In this document: piece by piece, positions 1-7,067 of the stretch
Position numbering within the stretch: position 1 is the first letter of the stretch
Layout of the letters: every line of letters starts with the position of its first letter
DNA from: Escherichia coli O15:H12
GTDB taxonomy: Bacteria; Pseudomonadota; Gammaproteobacteria; Enterobacterales; Enterobacteriaceae
Length of the DNA stretch: 32,000 bases
Assembly: GCF_014770655.1 (NCBI RefSeq)
Contig: NZ_CP061749.1
Reading direction: 5' to 3' (one strand)
Translations under genes and position numbers: made by a program
Notes under the pieces: model-generated
What the model was told of the DNA's origin: nothing
Databases searched by the model: none
What the model saw: only the letters and a program-made list of their open reading frames with translations

Positions 1-1409
1 AGAACACCTTCTGCTTGGGCAATTCCACGACTACCTGAGCGCATTCCAGGCGTCAGGGTGTTGATATTAATACCAGTGATTTTCGCCGCCTTAGCGACAT
101 CATCTCTGACGTTTGATGCCTGCGATGCGATATGCTCTCGGCCTACGGCAGAACGCGCTGCTTTCGATACATCATTGGCGGTTTCCAGAGTATTTGCTGC
201 CCCTAACACATGGCCTGATTGATTTGTATTACTCCGCAATACATCTCGCATTACGTCACTGGCTGTCTGTCCGCTCTTTATTAAAGCGCGTGCTCCTAGC
301 GATCCTGCTAGGCCAATACCTGTCTCTTTTGCTAGGTCTTCTGGGCTGATCTGCCCGTTCTTTTGGGCGTTCACCAATGTACCTGGCAGGTTTTCTGCCA
401 ACATACTAGCCACCTTTGTGGCCGCACGTTCAGCACGTGGAGCGTTGGCAACTGAAGAAGCTGCGGTAGCTGCCTTTCCTGCACCTAATCCTGTAATAAG
501 GTAAGGTGCTAGCTGCTCACCAGCCTGCGCGTATGGATCTGTAGGTTGGTCTACTGGGCGAAAGACAGGTGATATGGGCGTGTATGTGCCATCACCCACA
601 CCAAGCTTCTGAGCTGCCCATGCTCCGGCTGATTGCGCCGCATTGACTACCCCCACGCCTGCGTCCATTACATCAAACGGTATATTAGCAATCCCTCTGG
701 CCATCTGCTCTGGCGCAGCTTTCAGTCCTGGCGAAAGATATTCCATCTCAGGATTAAGGTTAGACTTGGCTACTTGCTGCTGCGGTTCCACGGCATTTTC
801 ATCGGCGAGAAACTGAGCTCTTTTCTGCTCCCATGAACTGGCTGTTGGTAGTCCTGCTTCTATGTTCTTAAATTGCTGACGTTTTGCTTCCCATGCAGAA
901 ATATCTCCCACCTGAGAGATTTCTTTATCAAGCTCTGAGTAGTCAGGCTGCTGAAGATTGCGATGTTGACTGGTTTGTGCAAACTGCAAGATTTCACTGT
1001 CATCAGGGATTATTCCGGCATCTGCAAATTTACTTATGTAATTAGCCGTTTCATCTGGCAGTGTAGATTTACCGTTTCTTACGGCATTAATACGAGCATA
1101 GCCAGAATTATACCCAGCCAATGCCATACCTATATCACCAAATCGCTTCATTCCTTTATTGAGATGGTTTGCTGCGATATCCATTTGCTTTTCAAATGGC
1201 AGTGAGCGCGGATCTGTTCCACGATAACCAGCATCACTCATTACTGAGGGCATCAGTTGAGCAAATCCTCTAGCTCCTTTCGGTGACTCGGCACTTCCGT
1301 TACCACTAGATTCATTGCCAACTAATGTTTCCATCGTCCCTGATGGGAAACCATATTTTTCATCGAGATGACGGGAATAGGCTTTCTGTTTTTCTGTCAG
1401 TTGTGCCAT
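1..1409 (-). CDS. P22 gp16-like DNA ejection/transfer protein, N-terminal 469 codons; 3' end outside window
   Basis: Not in the ORF track because its stop is outside the window. ATG at 1409 gives MAQLTEKQKAYSRHLDEKYGFPSGTMETLVGNESSGNGSAESPKGARGFAQLMPSVMSDAGYRGTDPRSL, which is lytic-transglycosylase-like. The parts I translated by hand, at both ends, are open. The start overlaps the upstream stop (TGATG). Confidence 0.85.
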   Translation of the reverse strand, partial: MAQLTEKQKAYSRHLDEKYGFPSGTMETLVGNESSGNGSAESPKGARGFAQLMPSVMSDAGYRGTDPRSLPFEKQMDIAANHLNKGMKRFGDIGMALAGYNSGYARINAVRNGKSTLPDETANYISKFADAGIIPDDSEILQFAQTSQHRNLQQPDYSELDKEISQVGDISAWEAKRQQFKNIEAGLPTASSWEQKRAQFLADENAVEPQQQVAKSNLNPEMEYLSPGLKAAPEQMARGIANIPFDVMDAGVGVVNAAQSAGAWAAQKLGVGDGTYTPISPVFRPVDQPTDPYAQAGEQLAPYLITGLGAGKAATAASSVANAPRAERAATKVASMLAENLPGTLVNAQKNGQISPEDLAKETGIGLAGSLGARALIKSGQTASDVMRDVLRSNTNQSGHVLGAANTLETANDVSKAARSAVGREHIASQASNVRDDVAKAAKITGININTLTPGMRSGSRGIAQAEGV

Positions 1410-2728
1410 CATTGCCATCCCTTAAGTTTTGCCTGATAGTAACTTTCCGGCAGATAGCCATGTGCGGTCACATAATCCTTAACCAGTGAAGGATCCTGCA
1501 ACAGCATTTTGGTATCAGTTTCTTCGTCCTTAGATTTGGTTACAGGAATACCGAGCCCGGCAATCTGTCGTTTCTGCATTCGAATAATTACGTCCTGCGC
1601 TTTATTCAACTCTCGCAAAAATGCCTCATTGCTGGTTGCTGACTTAATGCCATTTTGAGATTGCATAAGGGCAGCCCTTTCCCCTTCGGTTGGGTTAGAG
1701 CCAAAAGTACCTTTTAGGCTAGGCAGAATAACCTTTAGGTTGTATTCATCAGCTTTGGCGCGTAGGCTTCGTGTGTCTTCTGCTACATCAGGGAGGAATC
1801 CAAACCCCAGCGTCAGGGGGTTATAGTTCTGCGAACGGGTAACGGCCGAAGGATGTTTCCCTACAATTCCCGCCAGTTCATGACCCACTTCAAGCGCAGA
1901 GTTCAAGGAGTCGATATTACCTGCAACAGTATTAATTTTATCGTTCATCTTCTCCACTTTCGCCTGCTGTACCTTGCTCAGTTCAGCATTGAGCTTGTCT
2001 CTCTCGATGTCATTTTGAGCACGTCCAAGTCGTGCTTTCAGAACCATTTCTCTCGTGCGTAGTTGGTTATCGGATAGGACTTTGAACTGCTCCATATCGA
2101 GACGCCGATTACCCTGCTCCGCATTAACCTGAGCATTATATGCAGATGTATCTGCGTTCTGCTGTGCAATACTCTGCCCTTGCTGCTTCTCTTGAACACT
2201 AAAGTAACTATTTGGATCAGCATGGAGGTGGATGAGGTCAGTGATTCTGTTGAATTCCTGTGGGTCATTCTGCCAAGACTGATAAACCTCTTCAGCAGGA
2301 AGACCAAATCGCTGTAATACTGGATTTGCCTGCTGAATGGCCTTCTGCATGGTCAGTGGATCTCCAGTTTGTGACGCAAGACGCAGATTCATGGCAGCGT
2401 CAGCGGTCTGCCGATTTTGCTCAGCATCAATGAATCCCATCTGTTTTTGAGAATCAGCCATAAACTGGGGATACTGGGCCATTAACTTCTGCACGCCAAC
2501 ACGATCATTATTAGCTACCGCACTACCCAACCGTGCCTGATATTCTTTTAGCTGCTGGGAAATTTGCGCCTGCTGATTAATCTCAGCAACGCCTCTTAGC
2601 CCCTGTAGCGCCATTAAACCTACGTTTGGCTGCTGCTGATACTGCACAGGCTGAGGAACGGAAGAACGAGGAGCATTATCATTTTGCGGTGCCATGCTAG
2701 GCAGCCCGCCAAGTTGCCATGTCGCCAT
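1409..2728 (-). CDS. P22 gp20-like DNA transfer/ejection protein
   Basis: 439-aa ORF rich in Q/A with coiled regions, located between gp7-like and gp16-like genes as in P22. Confidence 0.8.
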   Translation of the reverse strand: MATWQLGGLPSMAPQNDNAPRSSVPQPVQYQQQPNVGLMALQGLRGVAEINQQAQISQQLKEYQARLGSAVANNDRVGVQKLMAQYPQFMADSQKQMGFIDAEQNRQTADAAMNLRLASQTGDPLTMQKAIQQANPVLQRFGLPAEEVYQSWQNDPQEFNRITDLIHLHADPNSYFSVQEKQQGQSIAQQNADTSAYNAQVNAEQGNRRLDMEQFKVLSDNQLRTREMVLKARLGRAQNDIERDKLNAELSKVQQAKVEKMNDKINTVAGNIDSLNSALEVGHELAGIVGKHPSAVTRSQNYNPLTLGFGFLPDVAEDTRSLRAKADEYNLKVILPSLKGTFGSNPTEGERAALMQSQNGIKSATSNEAFLRELNKAQDVIIRMQKRQIAGLGIPVTKSKDEETDTKMLLQDPSLVKDYVTAHGYLPESYYQAKLKGWQ

Positions 2729-3405
2729 TAGAATCCAAGCCCCCCAACAAGACCAATAAGCCCACCACCAATAGCCCCGGCGACATTACCTATACCCGGA
2801 ACAACGGAACCAAGTTGCGCACCCGCTAAAGCGCCTGATGCCGCCCCACCAATACCACGCGCAAGACTGGATGGCTGCTGCGCCTGACCTGCACGAATAG
2901 CGCCAAGCCCCTGCAAGAGTTGCCCGGTATTATTGGCGTAGTTTTGCCCTGCTGTTGCCTGCCCTGATGCCGCATTCATCCCGACATTTAGCAGGTTTCC
3001 ATAATTTTGCATTTGCCCACTGAGCCAATTGTTATAAAGCATGGGCGCAATGGAAGATAACTGGTTACTGGTAGCTGTTGAGCCAAGCCCCCCGGTAGCT
3101 TCTGCTGAGACAAGGTTCTGATAACGGGCCTGATCTGCCTGTGTTTTATATAAACCAGAACCAAAGAAATCATTCGCGGCTTTATTCTGCCCTTCCAGAG
3201 TCATCAGTCCTTGCAGTTGTTGTAAAGCAGGCAATCCGACTTCTGCATACGGCTTGAGATTATTCATCACCGTATTCCACTGCTCGCGCTGCAAATCAAT
3301 TGCCTGCTGCTGGGCCTTCGCCTGAGCTTTAGAGGCACCACCATCACCGCCTTTTTCGTATACGGCACGATTGAGATGTTTATGAGCTATATGGGTAATT
3401 AACAT
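2728..3405 (-). CDS. P22 gp7-like DNA transfer/ejection protein
   Basis: 225-aa ORF with Gly/Ala-rich hydrophobic C-terminus (IGGAASGALAGAQLGSVVPGIGNVAGAIGGGLIGLVGG); syntenic position. Confidence 0.78.
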   Translation of the reverse strand: MLITHIAHKHLNRAVYEKGGDGGASKAQAKAQQQAIDLQREQWNTVMNNLKPYAEVGLPALQQLQGLMTLEGQNKAANDFFGSGLYKTQADQARYQNLVSAEATGGLGSTATSNQLSSIAPMLYNNWLSGQMQNYGNLLNVGMNAASGQATAGQNYANNTGQLLQGLGAIRAGQAQQPSSLARGIGGAASGALAGAQLGSVVPGIGNVAGAIGGGLIGLVGGLGF

Positions 3406-3860
3406 TCGCTGAATTCCTTATATTGTTGCCGAGTTAACTGATAAAGCGTTACGCCGACGGGTTTACCACATCTGATATAAGCATCATCAAGGTGACCAAC
3501 ACGGGTAGCGCCAAGCAAACGGATAATTGCCCGTCCGTATTTCGTGGTGTCAGGAACCATAGTGATGCTATTAAGGAATGGTGAGTTTTCGAGAAGCCAT
3601 TTGCAGAATAATCGATGCCCTTGCAGTGCATATTCGCCACGGAATCCGGGGTCGTACACCGCATGGCATTCAACAACGCTATGCCAGAAGTTACGCACTT
3701 CATGAACGCCAGCCAGCACCAATCCTTCGTAGATGCCGAGATATACCGCATCAGGCTTGATGTAGTACGTGTGCCCCGGCTCAACAATATTTTCGGTATT
3801 GCCTGGCTCGTTAAGAAAGGCCTGTAATCGCACAGGGTTATCAATAAATTTTAGTTCCAT
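3399..3860 (-). CDS. P22 gp14-like head assembly protein (DUF2824 family)
   Basis: 153-aa ORF MELKFIDNPVRLQAFLNEPGN...; overlaps the gp7-like gene by 7 nt. Confidence 0.75.
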   Translation of the reverse strand: MELKFIDNPVRLQAFLNEPGNTENIVEPGHTYYIKPDAVYLGIYEGLVLAGVHEVRNFWHSVVECHAVYDPGFRGEYALQGHRLFCKWLLENSPFLNSITMVPDTTKYGRAIIRLLGATRVGHLDDAYIRCGKPVGVTLYQLTRQQYKEFSEC

Positions 3861-3876
3861 GCGATGCCATCCATTT

Positions 3877-4038
3877 TCACATACAGCCTGCCAGCGCCTT
3901 ATCTATTAACCCTCGTGCAATTTCATGCAGAGTTGGCGCTACTCCAATTCCTGATTTTTTACGCTGCTCTTCCTGAATTTTCTTTATAGCTTCCATTTGC
4001 TTCTCACTTATCAATACCGGCTTTACTGAAATAGCCAT
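3877..4038 (-). CDS. Small putative ribbon-helix-helix regulator (53 aa)
   Basis: Below the ORF-track length cutoff. Hand translation: MAISVKPVLISEKQMEAIKKIQEEQRKKSGIGVAPTLHEIARGLIDKALAGCM*. AAGGGGG lies upstream of the ATG and an inverted repeat lies upstream of that. Confidence 0.6.
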   Translation of the reverse strand: MAISVKPVLISEKQMEAIKKIQEEQRKKSGIGVAPTLHEIARGLIDKALAGCM

Positions 4039-4134
4039 AACGCCCCCTTAGAACTGTATAAAACAACAGTTATTATAGTTTCATAAATCGCAATATTCAT
4101 CATCGTGATTGCAAAATATGAAACAAATAGCACA

Positions 4135-4166
4135 AAAAAATGCCACCGCTCAGTAGCTGGTGGCAT
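4135..4166 (-). terminator. Rho-independent terminator
   Basis: Minus strand ATGCCACC-AGCTACTGAGC-GGTGGCAT followed by a T run. Confidence 0.75.
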
Positions 4167-4432
4167 CGTTCTGTGTGTCAGGTTTTGACAGGTTTTTTAT
4201 GGACTCTAAAAACTATATTTATGGTGTCGCATTACTCTTCACGGAAGGCGCTTTTCAGTTCTGCCCTTACTTCTGGCTCCATTGGTAATTTGATTCGCGA
4301 TCAGCTATGCGGATGGTTTGCTGAACAGGCATAACAACTTCTCAGGGGCTGTTTTCTGAACTACGAAAATTTCGTAGTGCTCACTTTCAAAGTAAGCGTG
4401 CAGTGAGAACCGTATTGACGAAGTGAAGCTGG

Positions 4433-5968
4433 TCAGGCAGGCAGAGTAACCCGCCACGGGAGCAGAGCACCCACCCGGTTCACAGGCCAGTCGGCGATGA
4501 CATCAAGTACATAATGCAGATAGCGTTCCGGATCCACGCCGTTTAATTTGCACGTCCCGATAAGACTGTACAGTGACGCACCGCGCTCACCACCATGATC
4601 CGAGCCGAAGAACAGCCAGTTTTTTCTCCCCAGACTGACCCGTCGTAGGGCGTTTTCGGCAATGTTATTATCCACCTCCACCCAGCCATCTTCTGCATAG
4701 CGGATCAGCGCCGGCCACTGGTTCAGCGCATACCCGAACGCCTTCGCCAGTTCTGAGTGCCTTGAGAGGGTTTTCTGTTTCTCCCGCAGCCACCCCTCCA
4801 GTGACGCCAGCAGCGGCAGCACTTTTTGGTGCCGGACTGCCTGCCGTTCCTCTGCTCTTTTACCTCTGATCTCCGACTCGATGGCATACAGCTCGCCGAT
4901 CCGTTTCAGCGCCTCCTCCGTCAGGACTGACGGGGTACGGACGTGAACATCGTGGATTTTTCGGCGGGCATGGGCCCAGCACGCGGCTTCCTTTATATGG
5001 CCGTCGCGGTAGAGCTCGTTGAACCCGGCGTAGGCATCAGCCTGCAGTACGCCACTGAAGCCTGCAAGATGGGTCTGAGGGTGGATACCTTTTCTGTCCG
5101 GGCTGTAAGCGAACCACACTGCGGGGGCCAGCGCTGATCCGGCGTTGCGGTCGTCTCGAACGTACGTCCATAAGCGCCCGGTCTTCGTCTTCTTATTGCC
5201 CGGCAACAGCACCGGGACAGGCGTATCGTCAGCATGGAGTTTGCCGTCGGTCAGGACATAGTGCTGAAGGGCTTCATCCAGCGGTGCCAGCAGACGACAA
5301 CACGCATCCACCCAGCCCGACAGTACAGAACGACTCAACACTACACCCTGGCGGGCATAGATCTCCGACTGGCGATACAGCGGTGTGTGCTCTGCATACT
5401 TTGAGGTCAGCACTCGGGCCAGCAGCCCCGGTCCGGCGATCCCCCGTTCGATGGGGCGCGAAGGAGCCGGGGCCTGAACGATGCGATCGCACCGACGGCA
5501 GGCATGCTTTTCACGGACTGTCCGGATAACCCGGAAGGCGCTGCGCATCAGCTCCAGCTGTTCGGCGGCATCCTCACCCAGGTAACTCAGCGAACCACCG
5601 CACTCCGGGCAACACGGCTCAGTCGGCAGCAGCCGCTTCTCATCCCGTGGGAGTGACTCAGGGAACGGTTTGCGGGTGCGGGTCTGACGCAGCGGGCGCT
5701 GCACTGCCGGGTCATCCACCCGGCCGGTCAGCGTATCGCTTTCCTGCTGCAGCAGGTTCAGGTCAGCTTCCATTTGCGCGATACGGCGGGATACCTTTTC
5801 GGAACGACTGCCGAAGTTCATCCGGCGCAGCTTATCCAGTTGCGCCTGCAGATGGTCTATTTCGCGTTCCCGGTTGCTCAGCTTTTCCTGCAGGGCGTGG
5901 ATCAACGCTTCCTGTTCGGCCAGGCGCTGTTTCAGCAGAAGGATGTCGTCAGAAGAGGTATCGTTCAT
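4433..5968 (-). CDS. tnpC: IS66-family transposase TnpC
   Basis: 511 aa; zinc-finger (CCPECGG...CRRCD) and DDE-type core (HADDTPVPVL, WAHARRK, NNIAENALR). Confidence 0.95.
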   Translation of the reverse strand: MNDTSSDDILLLKQRLAEQEALIHALQEKLSNREREIDHLQAQLDKLRRMNFGSRSEKVSRRIAQMEADLNLLQQESDTLTGRVDDPAVQRPLRQTRTRKPFPESLPRDEKRLLPTEPCCPECGGSLSYLGEDAAEQLELMRSAFRVIRTVREKHACRRCDRIVQAPAPSRPIERGIAGPGLLARVLTSKYAEHTPLYRQSEIYARQGVVLSRSVLSGWVDACCRLLAPLDEALQHYVLTDGKLHADDTPVPVLLPGNKKTKTGRLWTYVRDDRNAGSALAPAVWFAYSPDRKGIHPQTHLAGFSGVLQADAYAGFNELYRDGHIKEAACWAHARRKIHDVHVRTPSVLTEEALKRIGELYAIESEIRGKRAEERQAVRHQKVLPLLASLEGWLREKQKTLSRHSELAKAFGYALNQWPALIRYAEDGWVEVDNNIAENALRRVSLGRKNWLFFGSDHGGERGASLYSLIGTCKLNGVDPERYLHYVLDVIADWPVNRVGALLPWRVTLPA

Positions 5969-6017
5969 AAGCCTGTATTTTACCAGGCTTATTCTGCGAC
6001 AACCAGGATAAAGAGCG

Positions 6018-6365
6018 CTACAACATGGTCAGGGATGTCAGTAACCGCTTTGGCTGTCGCCAGTCGATACCTTCCATCAGCATCGCCAGTTGCGCCGGCG
6101 TCAGGAACACTTTGCCATCGCGGGCTGAGGGCCAGGCGAAGCGACCACGTTCCAGTCGCTTTGTCAGCAGGCACAGACCATCGCCGGTGGACCAGAGCAG
6201 TTTTACCTGACTGCCGCTGCGTCCCCGGAAGATGAAGACGTGGCCGGACATCGGGTCATCTTTCAGCGCGGTCTGCACCTTTGCGGCGAGGCCATTGAAG
6301 CCGTTGCGCATATCGGTGATACCGGCAACCAGCCAGATTTTTGTGCCTGCGGGAAGATTTATCAT
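6018..6365 (-). CDS. tnpB: IS66 family accessory protein TnpB
   Basis: 115 aa; WLVAGITDMRNGFNGLAAKVQTALKDDPMSGHVFIFRGRSG typical of TnpB. Confidence 0.95.
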   Translation of the reverse strand: MINLPAGTKIWLVAGITDMRNGFNGLAAKVQTALKDDPMSGHVFIFRGRSGSQVKLLWSTGDGLCLLTKRLERGRFAWPSARDGKVFLTPAQLAMLMEGIDWRQPKRLLTSLTML

Positions 6366-6745
6366 ACCGGCCCCCGCATCAGTTCGCGCAGGACAGTGCT
6401 CATGAGTTCAGCAGAGGGATGAGTCAGTGTTATTTCTCCTCCCCGACATTTTATGTGGCAGGTAGCGGGAGGAGAGCAGGATGGTAGTTCGAAGGTTGGG
6501 AGAGAAGAGCCCGCCTGAAGCTGCACGGGTATCAGGGCAGGAAGCGACGATGAGTTTTTTCGGGGCCGACAGACCCGCCCTTCACGCTGCCAGAGCCTTA
6601 TCCATTTAAAGAGCAGGTTATCATTGACGTCATGTTTCCGGGCCAGTGCGGCAATACTGCCTTCTTCTTCAAGAGCCAGCCTGACCAGTTCCATTTTGAA
6701 TTCAGGGGAATAGTGTTTCCGGGGAAGTCTTTCTTTAGCGCGCAT
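6362..6745 (-). CDS. tnpA: IS66 family accessory protein TnpA
   Basis: 127 aa; N-terminal helix-turn-helix YSPEFKMELVRLALEEEGSIAALARKHDVNDNLLFKWI; 4-nt overlap with tnpB. Confidence 0.93.
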   Translation of the reverse strand: MRAKERLPRKHYSPEFKMELVRLALEEEGSIAALARKHDVNDNLLFKWIRLWQREGRVCRPRKNSSSLPALIPVQLQAGSSLPTFELPSCSPPATCHIKCRGGEITLTHPSAELMSTVLRELMRGPV

Positions 6746-6932
6746 GAGGTGTCCACCTGCAAAATAAGTGGGTGCTTAAGTTACAGGATCCTGGATTCGG
6801 GACCAGACGGTACTCAGACGACGCTTACCTTTCAAAAACGTCACGCCCTTGTACACAGGATTTTACGAAAGTCTCGTAAAACACTCTCTGATGCCAGCCA
6901 GGTATTGTGCGCATCAATTCAGTCACATTGTG

Positions 6933-7041
6933 TTGGTTCAAAATACCGTGTTGTTGGTTCAGTGTTGGTTCAAAAAAAAGAATAAAATCCTTATAAAACA
7001 ATACCCTTTACAAATTGAACCAACTGAACCAACTGAACCAA
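6933..7041. repeat. Iteron-like cluster: 3x TTGGTTCA facing 3x TGAACCAA
   Basis: TTGGTTCA at 6933-6940, 6954-6961, 6965-6972. TGAACCAA at 7016-7023, 7025-7032, 7034-7041 (9-bp period). An AT-rich spacer lies between. Confidence 0.85.
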
Positions 7042-7067
7042 CGCCTTTTCTACGCACATGAAGAAGC

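Larger units (their letters stand above)
4392..6828 (-). mobile_element. Complete IS66-family insertion sequence, 2437 bp (ISEc8-like)
   Basis: Terminal repeats GTAAGCGTGCAGTGAGAACCG / GTAAGCGTCGTCTGAGTACCG (16/21). Identical 8-bp flanks CTTTCAAA at 4384-4391 and 6829-6836. tnpA/B/C are intact. Confidence 0.95.

Noticed and set aside
3449-3844. 131-aa minus-strand ORF overlapping the gp14-like gene
   Set aside because: Alternative frame of the DUF2824-like gene, which fits the operon spacing and known family.
4943-6235. Several + strand ORFs of 64-153 aa inside the IS
   Set aside because: Antisense to intact tnpC/tnpB; typical shadow frames of IS66-family genes.
6849-7061. 70-aa + strand ORF next to the primase end
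   Set aside because: It reads straight through the iteron repeats (the PTEPTEPT tail is translated TGAACCAAC) and the IS target site. The composition is explained by the repeats.
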